DNA from: Alphaproteobacteria bacterium
GTDB taxonomy: Bacteria > Pseudomonadota > Alphaproteobacteria > UBA828
Length of the DNA: 64,000 nucleotides
Assembly: GCA_965214705.1 (NCBI GenBank)
Contig: CBDCCI010000001.1
Location: forward strand, 32,001 to 96,000
Reading direction: 5' to 3'
This document shows, one piece after another, positions 9,367-19,726 of this stretch (position 1 is its first letter; every line of letters starts with the position of its first letter). The position numbers were made by a program, and so were the translations under genes. The notes below the pieces were generated by a model that was not told the DNA's origin, searched no databases, and was given only the letters and a program-made list of their open reading frames with translations.

Positions 9367-11093
9367 GGGGAGGCATCTCCGTCGTTTCCGCTGTCCGGCG
9401 CCGGCCGGTGCACCTTGCGCACGCGCGCGCCGGGGAAGGCATCGAGGACCTGCCGCACCAAGGGGTGGTCGATTGCCGCCTGGTCGGCCGCTTCCTGCTT
9501 GGCCCGATCCTGCTCGTCGAGGGTGGGCTCGCCGCCCTTTTCGCTCAGCGCGATCATCCAGCGCTCGCCGGTCCATTCCTCGAGCCGCTCCTGAAGCAGG
9601 GCGAGCATCTTGCCGTCAGGCGAACGCCCGCAGTTGATCTCGACCGCGCCTGCCGCGACCCGGATGGGCCGCACCTCGGTCCGGAGCCACGCGCTCAGGA
9701 TCGGCTCCCGCCGCTCCTCTGCGAGCGCAGCGATCTCACGCCAGGATGTCGGCTGCACATGCGGCGCGGATGCGGCTACCGGCGCTGGCTGGGGCGCCGG
9801 CTCAGGCGTCGATTCAGGCACCAACGCAGGCTCGGCTGCCCCGGTGCTTGCCGTACCGCTTGGCGAAGGTGCCGGAGCAGAGGCGGGCGACGCTGCAGGC
9901 GCCTCTTTCAGCTGCGCGCCGGCGCCGGCGCCGCCGGTGCCGATGGCGCGGAGCGCATCGGCCGGGCTCGGCAGGTCCGCGGCATAGGCGATCCGCACCA
10001 GGGTCATCTCGGCCGCAAGCGCGGGCCGCGCCGCCCGGTTTGCCTCCTCCAGTCCCTTCAGCAGCATCTGCCAGGTCTGGGTGAGCGACGGCACCGCCAG
10101 TGCCTCCGCCATGGCGCGCCCGCGCGTGCGCTCGGCCTCTGGCACCGCGAGGTCCTCCGCCGCGGCGGGAACGTGCTTCAGACGCGTGAGCCAATGGCAG
10201 AGCTCCAGCAGGTCCTGCAACAGGGTCTGCGGCTCCGCGCCGGCGTCGTGAAGCTCGGAGAAGCAATCCAGCGCGTCCTTAATCGCGCCCTTCATCAGCA
10301 TGTCGAACAAATCGAAGAGCCGGGTGCGGTCGGCGAGGCCCAGCATGGCGCGCACCGCCTCTTCGGTGATGCGCGTGCCCTCGTGAGCCATCGCCTGGTC
10401 GAGCACCGATAGGCCGTCGCGCACCGAGCCATCGGCGGCCCGGGCGATAAGCGCGAGTGCCGCCGGCTCCACCTCCGCGCCCTCTTTGGCGGCGATGCCC
10501 GAGAAGTGCTCGACCAGCAGCTCCATATCGACCCGGCGCAGGTCGAAGCGCTGGCAGCGCGAGAGCACGGTCACCGGCAGGCGCCGCACCTCGGTCGTCG
10601 CGAACACGAATTTGACGTGGGGCGGCGGCTCCTCGAGCGTCTTAAGTAGGGCGTTGAAGGCCTGCTTCGAGAGCATGTGGACTTCGTCGATGATGTAGAC
10701 CTTGTAGCGCGCCGAGACCGGGCGGTAGCGCACGCTCTCGATCAGCTCGCGCACGTCGTCGATGCCGGTGCGCGAGGCGGCGTCCATCTCGATCACGTCG
10801 ACATGGCGATCCTCGGCTATGGAGATGCAGAGATCGCACTTGCCGCACGGCTCAGGCGTCGGGCCGTCGGTCCCGTCCTCGCCGATGCAGTTGAGGGCGC
10901 GCGCGATGATCCTCGCGGTCGAGGTCTTGCCCACCCCGCGCACGCCCGTCAGCAGGTAGGCGTGGGCCAGGCGGTCCATCGCGATCGCGTTGCTGAGCGT
11001 GCGCACCAAGGCGTCCTGGCCGATCAGCCCGGCGAAGCTCGCCGGCCTGTACTTGCGCGCGAGCACGCGATAGGCGGCGGCGTCCTCGCTCAT
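9363..11093 (-). CDS. dnaX: DNA polymerase III gamma/tau subunit
   Basis: YRVLARKYRP, Walker A GVRGVGKT, IIDEVHML, SRCQRFDL. Confidence 0.97.
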   Translation of the reverse strand: MSEDAAAYRVLARKYRPASFAGLIGQDALVRTLSNAIAMDRLAHAYLLTGVRGVGKTSTARIIARALNCIGEDGTDGPTPEPCGKCDLCISIAEDRHVDVIEMDAASRTGIDDVRELIESVRYRPVSARYKVYIIDEVHMLSKQAFNALLKTLEEPPPHVKFVFATTEVRRLPVTVLSRCQRFDLRRVDMELLVEHFSGIAAKEGAEVEPAALALIARAADGSVRDGLSVLDQAMAHEGTRITEEAVRAMLGLADRTRLFDLFDMLMKGAIKDALDCFSELHDAGAEPQTLLQDLLELCHWLTRLKHVPAAAEDLAVPEAERTRGRAMAEALAVPSLTQTWQMLLKGLEEANRAARPALAAEMTLVRIAYAADLPSPADALRAIGTGGAGAGAQLKEAPAASPASAPAPSPSGTASTGAAEPALVPESTPEPAPQPAPVAASAPHVQPTSWREIAALAEERREPILSAWLRTEVRPIRVAAGAVEINCGRSPDGKMLALLQERLEEWTGERWMIALSEKGGEPTLDEQDRAKQEAADQAAIDHPLVRQVLDAFPGARVRKVHRPAPDSGNDGDASP

Positions 11094-11150
11094 CGGTGCA
11101 TGGCGTCCTTCGATCCGCGTTTCGCGGGGGCGGCGCGTGAAGTTGGCGGC

Positions 11151-11246
11151 AGGAGACCGGCAGACGACCCGGCTTGAAGCTCGTTACGGCTGCTTCCTTC
11201 CGGACCTGACCGGGTTGGCGAGTTAGCCGTCCGCCGCCGATCTCCC
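11151..11246 (-). ncRNA. ffs: Small SRP RNA (4.5S)
   Basis: Minus strand contains GGTCAGGTCCGGAAGGAAGCAGCC; the ends pair (GGGAGA...TCTCCT); located upstream of dnaX. Confidence 0.93.
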
Positions 11247-11278
11247 GCCCGCACTATAGCAGGTGCCACCGGCGACCT

Positions 11279-11983
11279 TTAAGCCGCGCGCTGGGCCTGC
11301 TCGGCGAAATAGTCCAGCACGGCCTCGGTGTCGGTCACGTCGGCCGAGCAGCGGTTCATGTCGAACAGGTTGATCGCGTGGCTGATCGGCAGGCGGTCGA
11401 AGACCGCGTCCGACGGTACGATGGTGCGGTAATTGTAAGAAAACGCGTCGAAGACCGTGGCCCGGACGCAGTTGCAGGTGGCGCCGCCGGTGACGATCAG
11501 CGTATCGATGGCGCGGTCGATCAGATAGGGCAGGAGGGGTGTGCCGTGGAAGGAGCTCGGCTTCTTCTTGGTGAAGACCAAGTCGCCGGGCTCGGGCGCC
11601 ACCGCGTCCACAATCACGCTGCCATGAGTGCCTTCGAAGTAGACGTTCTCGCCCGCCTCCGCGCCGATTTTGGCGTCGAAGAGCCCGGCATCGCCAACGG
11701 TGCGGTCGATGGCGAAGCGGGTGTAGATCACCGGGGCGCCGGCGGCGCGGGCCGCGCCGACGATGCGCTTGGTTTGCCAAACCGCGGCCCAGCCGGTGGC
11801 GCAGCTATAGGGATAGGCCGCGAGATCGTGGTTGCCCTCCTCTCCCACCATGTAGTTCTGCACGTCGATGAGGATGACGGCCGGGCGTGCGCCGAAGCCG
11901 ACGCGCTTGGCCCAGCGGCCGCGCTCGATGGTCTCCCTGTCATCCGCGCTCAGGAAGCGTTGCCAATCCGGCATCTCAGGCAT
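11279..11983 (-). CDS. Isochorismatase-family cysteine hydrolase
   Basis: LIDVQ, KKKPSSFHGT, GGATCNCVRAT catalytic D-K-C triad. Confidence 0.88.
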   Translation of the reverse strand: MPEMPDWQRFLSADDRETIERGRWAKRVGFGARPAVILIDVQNYMVGEEGNHDLAAYPYSCATGWAAVWQTKRIVGAARAAGAPVIYTRFAIDRTVGDAGLFDAKIGAEAGENVYFEGTHGSVIVDAVAPEPGDLVFTKKKPSSFHGTPLLPYLIDRAIDTLIVTGGATCNCVRATVFDAFSYNYRTIVPSDAVFDRLPISHAINLFDMNRCSADVTDTEAVLDYFAEQAQRAA

Positions 11984-12051
11984 CGCGGGCCTCCAACCGT
12001 GCGTTGCGGGGACCCCATCTTAGCCGGAATCCGCCCGCGCCGGGGACGGCC

Positions 12052-12957
12052 GTGAGCGGAAATCGCCCCGAGGCCCAGGGCTGGCGGCTCCAGGTGACGC
12101 TCAGTCGGGCTGATTTCGTGGCCTTGGAGGCGGCGCTCGAAGAGAATGCGGATGCCGTGGTGGCCGAGACGATCAAGGCAACACACCCGATAGAGGAAGC
12201 CCCGGCGGACCTTCTCCGCATGACCCTGTTTGGCACTGCCTCGGCAGCGGACGACCCAAGACCAAATCGGTTGCGCGCGTTGCTGAGCGTGGCGGGCGGC
12301 GAGCCCGCCACGACGGCGGTCGAGCCGGTGGGCCTCACCGATTGGAAAGCGCAGTCCCTCGCCTCCTTTCCGCCTGTCTCGGTCGGGCGTTTGACGATCG
12401 TGGGCGCGCGCCAGGCCCCGTCCCGCCGACGCTTCGTCATCTGCGTCGATGCCGGCCCCGCCTTCGGCTCCGGCCGCCACGAATCGACCCAGGGCTGCCT
12501 GCTCGCGCTCGACTGGCTGGCCAGACGCCGACACGTGACCCGAGCGTTCGATATCGGCACGGGCTCCGGCATCCTCGCGGTGGCGGCGGCGCGCCTCTGG
12601 CCGGCGCGGGTGCTCGCTCTCGATAGCGACCCTGTGGCGGTGGTCACGGCGCGGGAAACGGTGCGGCAAAACGGGCTCTCTCGCCGGGTGACGGTGCTGC
12701 GGGGAGAGGGCTTCCGCTCGGACCCCGTGTGCCGGCTTGGCCGGGCGGGTCTCATCGTCGCCAACATCAGGGCAAGGCCCATCGCCGCGATGGCGCCGGC
12801 CTTCGCCCGGCACCTGCGGCCGGACGGCATTGTGGTGCTCTCCGGCCTTCTCGCCGCCGAGGAGCGACTGGTGCTCGCGGCCTTCCATGCGGCGCGGTTC
12901 CGGCTCCGGCGGCGTATCCGGCTCGGCGCCTGGGTCACGCTGATATTGACGCGGTGA
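12052..12957 (+). CDS. prmA: Ribosomal protein L11 methyltransferase
   Basis: AFGSGRHEST, DIGTGSGILA, VANI; start codon uncertain. Confidence 0.85.
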   Translation: MSGNRPEAQGWRLQVTLSRADFVALEAALEENADAVVAETIKATHPIEEAPADLLRMTLFGTASAADDPRPNRLRALLSVAGGEPATTAVEPVGLTDWKAQSLASFPPVSVGRLTIVGARQAPSRRRFVICVDAGPAFGSGRHESTQGCLLALDWLARRRHVTRAFDIGTGSGILAVAAARLWPARVLALDSDPVAVVTARETVRQNGLSRRVTVLRGEGFRSDPVCRLGRAGLIVANIRARPIAAMAPAFARHLRPDGIVVLSGLLAAEERLVLAAFHAARFRLRRRIRLGAWVTLILTR

Positions 12958-12981
12958 GCAGCGCACTGGCAGAAACGCTCC

Positions 12982-15012
12982 ATGCCAAAAGACAACGCGA
13001 CAACCGACCGGCGAAGCGCGCTGGCGCAGGCGCTCGCCGAGGCCGGTATCGACACGCCAATCCACGGGGTCGAAGCGCTGGTGCGGGGTGTCGCCGCGGC
13101 GGCGGTGCACAACCGAGACTGGCTCCGTCTGATCCACCCCGCTGCCGAGGCAGACGCTGCGCTGGCCGAACGGCTCGACGCGCTGCGGCGCTTCTGCGCC
13201 GAGGCGCCGGACGGGATCGACACGCCGCAGCAAGAGGCCCGGCTTGCGGCGCTCAGGGCCGAGCTTGCCAAGCGCGGCCTTGACGGCTTCGTGGTGCCAC
13301 TCAGCGACGAGCACCAGGGCGAATACATCGCGCGGCGCTCGCAGCGGCTGGCATGGCTCACCGGCTTCACGGGCTCTGCCGGCATGGCGATCGTGCTGGC
13401 CGAGCGCGCCGCGCTCTTCGTCGACGGACGCTATACCCTGCAGGCGGCGGCGCAGGTGGACGGCAGCCTCTACGAGCACCGGCACGTCACCGAGGAGCCG
13501 CCTGACGAATGGCTCAAAGAGCATCTCGTGGAAGGCGCCACGCTCGGCTATGACCCCCGGCTTCACGGCGCAGGCCAGAGAGACCGGTTTGCTGCGCCCT
13601 GCCGCGCCGTCGGTGCCCGCCTGGTCCCGTGCGAGGACAATCCCATCGACGCGCTGTGGGCGGACCAGCCGCCGGCCCCACTCGGCCCCATCGCCCCCCA
13701 TCCGGCGCGCTTCGCGGGCGCCGAGGCGGGCGAGAAGCGGGAGATCGTTGCCGCCCGGCTTGCGGAGAAGGGCGCGGCCGCCGCGGTCCTGAGCGCACCG
13801 GATTCCATCGCCTGGCTGCTCAACGTACGCGGCGCCGACGTCGCCAACAGCCCCCTCCCGCACTCCTTCGCAGTCGTTCACCGGGACGCCGAAGTGGACT
13901 GGTTCGTGGACAGCCGCAAGCTCCTCCCCGAGGTTCCGGCACATCTCGGCAATGCTGTGCACGTGCAGGCGCCGGAGACCATGGCGAACGTGCTCGACGC
14001 GCTCGCCGGCGCGGGCAAGGCGGTGCTGATCGACGAGGCGGCAACGCCGGTCTGGATAGTCGATCGGCTGACGGAGGGCGGTGCCGAGGTGATTCGCGGC
14101 GCCGATCCCTGTGCGCTGCCCAAGGCCTGCAAGAACGCCGTGGAGCTTGACGGCATCCGCGCGGCCCACCGCCGGGATGGCGCGGCGCTGACCCGCTTCC
14201 TGGCCTGGCTCGCCGCCGTCGCTCCCGGCTCGATCACCGAGCTCGACGCGGTCGACCGCTTGGCGGCGATGCGAGCCGGCGGCGAGCACTACCGGGGGCC
14301 GAGCTTCGACACGATCTCGGGCGCGGGCCCCAACGGCGCCATCGTCCACTACCGGGTGACGGCGGAGAGCAACCGCACGCTGGAGCCGGGCACCCTCTAC
14401 CTCGTGGATTCGGGCGGGCAGTACCTGGACGGCACCACGGACGTGACCCGCACGGTCGCGATCGGCCGGCCGGAGCCCGAGCACCGGGACCGCTTCACCC
14501 GCGTGCTGCGCGGCCACATCGCGCTGGCGACAGCACGCTTCCCGCGCGGCACCACTGGCGCCCAGCTCGATACGCTCGCCCGCCAGTTCCTGTGGCAGGC
14601 GGGCCTCGACTACGACCACGGCACCGGGCACGGCGTGGGCCACTACCTCAACGTGCACGAGGGCCCGCAGCGCATCTCCCGCATGGGCTCGGGCGCGGCG
14701 CTCGCACCCGGCATGGTGGTCTCCAACGAGCCCGGCTACTACAAGTCCGGCGCCTTTGGCATCCGCATCGAGAACCTGGTGACGGTGACGGAGGCCGACG
14801 CGGCCGACGGGGGTTTCCTCGGCTTCGAGACGCTGACGCTCGCGCCCATCGACCGCGCCCTCATCGACCCCGCCATGCTGACGGCGGATGAGCGCGCCTG
14901 GCTCGATGCCTACCACGCGCGCGTCGTGGAGAGCCTCGCGCCACTACTGGCGGACGACGCGGCTGCTCTCGACTGGCTCCACGCCGCGACGGCACCCTTG
15001 ACCGCCACCTAA
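12982..15012 (+). CDS. pepP: Xaa-Pro aminopeptidase (M24B)
   Basis: GFTGSAG, DSGGQYLDGTTD, HGTGHGVG, HEGPQ, SNEPGYY, GIRIEN. Confidence 0.92.
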   Translation: MPKDNATTDRRSALAQALAEAGIDTPIHGVEALVRGVAAAAVHNRDWLRLIHPAAEADAALAERLDALRRFCAEAPDGIDTPQQEARLAALRAELAKRGLDGFVVPLSDEHQGEYIARRSQRLAWLTGFTGSAGMAIVLAERAALFVDGRYTLQAAAQVDGSLYEHRHVTEEPPDEWLKEHLVEGATLGYDPRLHGAGQRDRFAAPCRAVGARLVPCEDNPIDALWADQPPAPLGPIAPHPARFAGAEAGEKREIVAARLAEKGAAAAVLSAPDSIAWLLNVRGADVANSPLPHSFAVVHRDAEVDWFVDSRKLLPEVPAHLGNAVHVQAPETMANVLDALAGAGKAVLIDEAATPVWIVDRLTEGGAEVIRGADPCALPKACKNAVELDGIRAAHRRDGAALTRFLAWLAAVAPGSITELDAVDRLAAMRAGGEHYRGPSFDTISGAGPNGAIVHYRVTAESNRTLEPGTLYLVDSGGQYLDGTTDVTRTVAIGRPEPEHRDRFTRVLRGHIALATARFPRGTTGAQLDTLARQFLWQAGLDYDHGTGHGVGHYLNVHEGPQRISRMGSGAALAPGMVVSNEPGYYKSGAFGIRIENLVTVTEADAADGGFLGFETLTLAPIDRALIDPAMLTADERAWLDAYHARVVESLAPLLADDAAALDWLHAATAPLTAT

Positions 15013-15169
15013 GCCTGCCTCCACCGCCCGCACCCTTGCGACGATCCAGGTGGCGGCGCCCTATCTATGATCGTCGAGCGGCACCAAGACTCAAGACCCG
15101 TGTCAGCCCCACCGGCGTCGCCGTTCCGTCGTTTGTGCGCCATTCCTCGCGCCTTAACCCGCATTTCTC

Positions 15170-15490
15170 ACCACGGTCGCGACCCCGGCACGGCCTCCCA
15201 GGTTTGGCTCGCCGTGAGCCCCCAGAAGCTCTCTCTGACGCCGGGCGCCTGCGACAACGGAGGACAACACCGTGAAGGGTGAGGTCGTCGACATTTGATA
15301 CAGCGGCTACTATCTGAGCATCCGTCTCCGGGTTCCGGAGGCCGACGCGTTGCTCCTGGCGAAGGTGGATACGGTCGATCCCAACGTCGCGGGAGTCGAG
15401 CGCGGGCAAGCCCTGTGGTGTTGCTGGCCCCCGTCATCGTCGCGCATCCTGCCGCGCGAGTTACAGTCCGAGGTGTCAAAGAATGAGTGA
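15170..15490 (+). pseudogene. Remnant C-terminal TOBE domain of a PotA-like ABC ATPase
   Basis: VWLAVSPQKLSL / frameshift / DNTVKGEVVDI*YSGYYLSIRL...VERGQALWCCWPPSSSRIL; its stop overlaps the glycosyltransferase start. Confidence 0.6.
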
Positions 15491-16772
15491 ACCCAAGACC
15501 ATCGTCTTCTTTCCCGAGGCCGCCTTCGGGCCTGCGCTCAACTCGGTGGCGATCGCCCAGGCCTGCCGTGCCCGCGGTCACCGGACGGTCTTCGTCTGCG
15601 ATCCCGGCTTCACGGAGGTGTTCGAGAATTACGGGTTCGAGGCGGTGCCGGTGCCCATGTCGGAGCCGATGCCGCCGGAGCAGATGGCCAAGTACTGGTC
15701 CGACTTCATCAACGGCCATATCCCCAACTTCCGCAAGAGCCCCTACGACCAGATCGACAACTACGTGAAGGACTGCTGGGACGCGATCGTGGAGACGGCA
15801 GTATGGGCCGAAAAGACCTTGCCCGGCATCCTCAGGGAAATCGGGCCTGACCTCATCTGCATCGACAACGTGATCCTGTTCCCCGCCACCAAGCAGCATG
15901 GCGTGCCCTGGGTACGGATCATTTCCTGCAGCGAGAACGAGATCCCCGACCCGGACATACCGCCCCACCTCTCCGGGTGCGGGGAGAACGACCGGGCGTG
16001 TTTCACGGCCTTCGAGAGCCGCTTCAACGAGGTGATCGGACCGATCCACGGGCGCTTCAACGAATTCCTGACACGCTGCGGCGAAGACCCCTATCCGCTC
16101 GGTCAGTTCTTCGAGCCCTCGCCCCACCTCAACCTACTGCTCTATCCCAAAGCAGTCCGGTACGCCCGGTGCCAGCCCCTAGATCCGGCGCGTTTCCGGT
16201 ATCTCGAAGGCTGCGTCCGCCAGGAGGAGCCCTACACCGTGCCGCGCTTCGCCGCGCACGACGACGCACCCCTGGTCTACGTCAGCTTCGGCAGCCTCGG
16301 CGCCGGCGATACCGAGCTCCTGAAGCGCATCGTCGCCGCGTTCGCTGGCAAGCCCTATCGGGTGCTGGTCAATGTTGGCGACTACCTCGACTCATACGAC
16401 GCGCCGCCCGACAACGTGCATCTCGCCGGCTGGTATCCGCAACCCTCGGTGATCCCGCAAGTCGACGCAGTCATTCACCATGGCGGGAACAACAGCTTCA
16501 CGGAGTGCCTCTATTTCGGAAAGCCGGCGCTGATCATGCCCTACGTCTGGGACGGCCACGACAACGCCACACGCGTCGCCGAAACAGGGCACGGCTTCGC
16601 GCTGCCTCGCTACGACTGGACTGACGAAGATTTGCTTCGTGCCGTCGACAGCCTGATCGGCGATCCCGCGATGCGCGACCGCCTCGCCCGGACCAGCCGG
16701 CAGATGCAGGAGGCCGACGGTCCATCGTTTGCGGCACAACTCCTCGAAGGGGTGCTTCAGCAGTCGAGCTGA
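15483..16772 (+). CDS. GT1/MGT-family glycosyltransferase
   Basis: VYVSFGSLG and WYPQ...HHGGNNSFTECLYFGKP UDP-sugar motif. Confidence 0.9.
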   Translation: MSEPKTIVFFPEAAFGPALNSVAIAQACRARGHRTVFVCDPGFTEVFENYGFEAVPVPMSEPMPPEQMAKYWSDFINGHIPNFRKSPYDQIDNYVKDCWDAIVETAVWAEKTLPGILREIGPDLICIDNVILFPATKQHGVPWVRIISCSENEIPDPDIPPHLSGCGENDRACFTAFESRFNEVIGPIHGRFNEFLTRCGEDPYPLGQFFEPSPHLNLLLYPKAVRYARCQPLDPARFRYLEGCVRQEEPYTVPRFAAHDDAPLVYVSFGSLGAGDTELLKRIVAAFAGKPYRVLVNVGDYLDSYDAPPDNVHLAGWYPQPSVIPQVDAVIHHGGNNSFTECLYFGKPALIMPYVWDGHDNATRVAETGHGFALPRYDWTDEDLLRAVDSLIGDPAMRDRLARTSRQMQEADGPSFAAQLLEGVLQQSS

Positions 16773-16906
16773 CCGGCGGGTCCAGCCCGCATATCAAACG
16801 ATCGCGAGTCCGGGGCATACACAGGAGCGCTCCAGAACCCTGGGAGAAGATAATCGTTGATTTTCAGGACGTCTCGGAACGCTTGGGAATACCTGGAAGA
16901 AGGGAG

Positions 16907-16920
16907 TGGTGGAGGCGAGG
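16907..16920 (-). other. Possible att site (degenerate copy of the tRNA-Ala 3' end)
   Basis: TGGTGGAGGCGAGG vs TGGTGGAGCCGAGG at 51173-51186 (13/14 identical, same orientation). Confidence 0.5.
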
Positions 16921-16996
16921 TCCACCAGTAACCCGAACAAACCGACCCAACCCACCAAACCAGCCGCAAACGGCAGGTTCTTCAGCAGCCTGCTAG
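16921..16996. mobile_element. Isolated IS5-like terminal fragment
   Basis: Ends TTCTTCAGCAGCCTG|CTAG, resembling CTAG-targeting IS5-family ends; no transposase or partner end seen. Confidence 0.45.
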
Positions 16997-18163
16997 CTTG
17001 CTCGCCGACGACGCGGTATCGCAATTCCGTACTCGCGCAGCGTGCTTTCCACGCTCGGACGTTGAAGTCGGATGCGTTTGTCGCTCAGCAGGTAGGAAAA
17101 CACGTACCCGAGACCCAGGATCAGAACCCCAATCAGGAAGCAGTAGATGATGGCGCGGTCGGGGTACTGGTCCTTGAGATAGCCGATGTAGAGGGGGCCG
17201 CAGACGCCGGCCGCCGCCCAGGCCGTCAACATGACGCCATAGACCGCAGACATCTTTTTCGCGCCGAAGACGTCGAGCACGAAAGAGGGCATCGTCGCGA
17301 AGCCACCGCCAAAACAAAGCATGATGTAGCAGACGAGAGCCGAGAATATCCACGGATCGCGCTCGGTCATCAGGATGCCGAAGACGATCATCTGGCTGGC
17401 CAGCAGGATTCTGAACACGCGGATGCGACCAATGCGATCGGACAGCAATCCCCAGAAGAGCCGGCCGAATCCGTTGCAGAGCGAACTGGCAGCAATCAGC
17501 GTCGCGCCATATTCCGCGAGGGTTTCCGGCTCCACCGACGGGTCGGCAAGTCCCCACACGTCCTGAAGCAACGGTGACTGAAAGCTGATGACGGCGATGC
17601 CGGCGGCGATGTTGAAGAAGAACACGAGCCACATGACGGCGAATTCGCCCGAATACAGGCAGCGCGCGGTCGAGTCCGGCTCGTCCTGTACGCTGCTGGA
17701 AGCGGTGGCATCATCTAGACGACTCGCGAGCTCCGCGGGCGGATCCCGCAGCGCCAGACTGCACGGGATCAACACCGCGGCGAACACCACGCCGAGCCAG
17801 ATGAACAGAAGCGGAAGATCTCCTTCCGTCTCAACCACCAGCAAGGGCGCCAGTCCTTTACTGAGAACCACCGCGCCGATCCCAAAGCCCATGACGACGA
17901 TGCCCGTCGCCAGTCCCTTCTTGTCCGGGAACCACTTCGCCACCGTGGCGACGGGCGTGACGTAGCCGAGCCCGATCCCGGCGCCGCCGATCACGCCGTA
18001 ACCGAGATAGAAGAGCGCGAGACTGTCGAGCTGCAGGGCGAGGCCGGCAATCATGTACCCGCCTGAGGTAACTGCCCAGGTCTGATTCCGCCGAGCACTC
18101 ACGCGTGATGGACTGATGCCTCTGGCCTGGTGCCGCTGACGTGGAGCGGAGCGGCGGGGGATT

Positions 18164-19726
18164 TCAGAAGCGCAGTACCGGGATTAGCTGCATGGGATCG
18201 GGGTGCGCCAGGGTTTCGAGGACATTCCAGCGCTGTTTTCGAGCGGTGGCGATGACGGACCGCAGGTTGGCGAAGTCGCAGGCACCTTGCATCGAGCGGA
18301 AGCCGCCTGAGATTTTCTGACGCAGCTTGCCCATTCGCAGATCGCGCTCCGCCTCATTGTTCGAGAACGGGGTTCGCGGGTCGGTGAGGAAGCGCAGGCA
18401 CCCCTCCTTGTACTTCTGGAGCCGGAGCGCGAGGTTGTGACCGATGCGGCGCTTTTGTCGTCCGCGCTTTCCGGTCTGGAGCGGCGGCATCTCTTCGTGA
18501 GCGGCGATGGCACGTTCGAGGATGCGGTCCCAGGCTCGCGAGATGCGGGCGACCAGTGATGCGGGCACGTCGCGATCATTCTTGCGGGCGAAGCGGGCGG
18601 CTCTGTTGGCACGGGAGAGCAGCTGGTGCGTGCTCGTTGCCCAGTCTTCCTTCTCGATCTCGATCAGGGCCTGGAGCTCACGCAGGTGATGGGCGTTGCA
18701 GGCCCCGTGGCGCACGCCCTCGAGAGCGAAGTAGGTGGCATAGTCGTCATGGATGACGATGCCGTTGAGCTTCTCGTCGAAATGGCCGCGCCCGCTGGCG
18801 ACGCGCAGGATGGTCAGCAACGGGGTGCACAGCACGTGGAGCCAATGGGTCCGGGCGGCGATGCGGATGCCGGTCTCGTCGAGGTGTTTGACCGGGGCTT
18901 CGGTGCGGATGATCTCTGCGACACGATCGAGGAAGCCCTCGAAGCGCCGGGCGGTGCGCCGGCCCATGGCGGCGATGGTGGCCGTTGAGATCTTGACCGC
19001 GAAGAGATCGCTCATGACCTCGGCGACGCGCTTCTCCGGAATGAACTGAGCGTGCAGCAGGTAGGTCACCCACGCGGTGATGCGCGGCCCGTACTGGACC
19101 GGGGCGCTCACGCCGTTCGGGAAGGCGGCTGTTGTCATGGTACCGCAGGCGGCGCAGAGGCAGCGATGGCCGCGATGCTCGGTGGCCTCGAGGGGCTGCG
19201 GCTCGGGCACATCGAAGACCTGCCGGCAGACGGGGGCTCCGTGACGGTCGGCGTCCGACAGCGGCGCGCCGCAGCCCTCACAGGCGGACGGATCATGATC
19301 CACGACGTGGTCCGGGTTCTCGGTCCGCTCCAGGGTGGTTCCCTTGTGGCCCGGCTGACCGCCGCTGGGCCTGTCGGATTTGCCGCGCCGGCTCCGGGTG
19401 CGCTTCTCCTGGTCTCCGCTCTTCTTCTCCTGGTCTCCGCTCTTCTTCTTCAGGCCGTCGCTGGCCGGCGGCTTGGAGCTGGTGGTGCTGTCGAGCGCGG
19501 CGCTGCGCTCAAGTTCGGCGATCCGCTCGCGCAAGCGGGCGTTCTCCCGCTCCAGCGCGTCGTTCTCCTTGACCAGCGCCGCGCTCAGGCGAAGCAGCCC
19601 CTGGCCCCATTCCCGGATGGCTTTGACGGCGGTCATCGCGAAGGATTGTGGGGTGAAAAGGTCCTGCAGGCACGCGAAAGCCTCGTCGTGAGCGGCGAGG
19701 TCCGCGTGCCAGCGCGACACTGTCAC
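18164..19726 (-). CDS. IS66-family transposase (TnpC type)
   Basis: Coiled coil, SSKPPASD, GGQPGHKG, zinc finger, LDETG, HDDY, CNAHHLREL, NNEAERDLR. Confidence 0.93.
   Translation of the reverse strand: MTVSRWHADLAAHDEAFACLQDLFTPQSFAMTAVKAIREWGQGLLRLSAALVKENDALERENARLRERIAELERSAALDSTTSSKPPASDGLKKKSGDQEKKSGDQEKRTRSRRGKSDRPSGGQPGHKGTTLERTENPDHVVDHDPSACEGCGAPLSDADRHGAPVCRQVFDVPEPQPLEATEHRGHRCLCAACGTMTTAAFPNGVSAPVQYGPRITAWVTYLLHAQFIPEKRVAEVMSDLFAVKISTATIAAMGRRTARRFEGFLDRVAEIIRTEAPVKHLDETGIRIAARTHWLHVLCTPLLTILRVASGRGHFDEKLNGIVIHDDYATYFALEGVRHGACNAHHLRELQALIEIEKEDWATSTHQLLSRANRAARFARKNDRDVPASLVARISRAWDRILERAIAAHEEMPPLQTGKRGRQKRRIGHNLALRLQKYKEGCLRFLTDPRTPFSNNEAERDLRMGKLRQKISGGFRSMQGACDFANLRSVIATARKQRWNVLETLAHPDPMQLIPVLRF
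19403..19444. repeat. 21-bp tandem duplication inside the transposase (KKSGDQE x2)
   Basis: CTTCTCCTGGTCTCCGCTCTT twice in tandem. Confidence 0.9.

Noticed and set aside
9760-9950. Pro/Ala repeats and a possible programmed frameshift in dnaX
   Set aside because: Ordinary tau linker; no A AAA AAG slippery site seen
11950-14916. 988-aa minus-strand ORF
   Set aside because: Shadow of prmA and pepP
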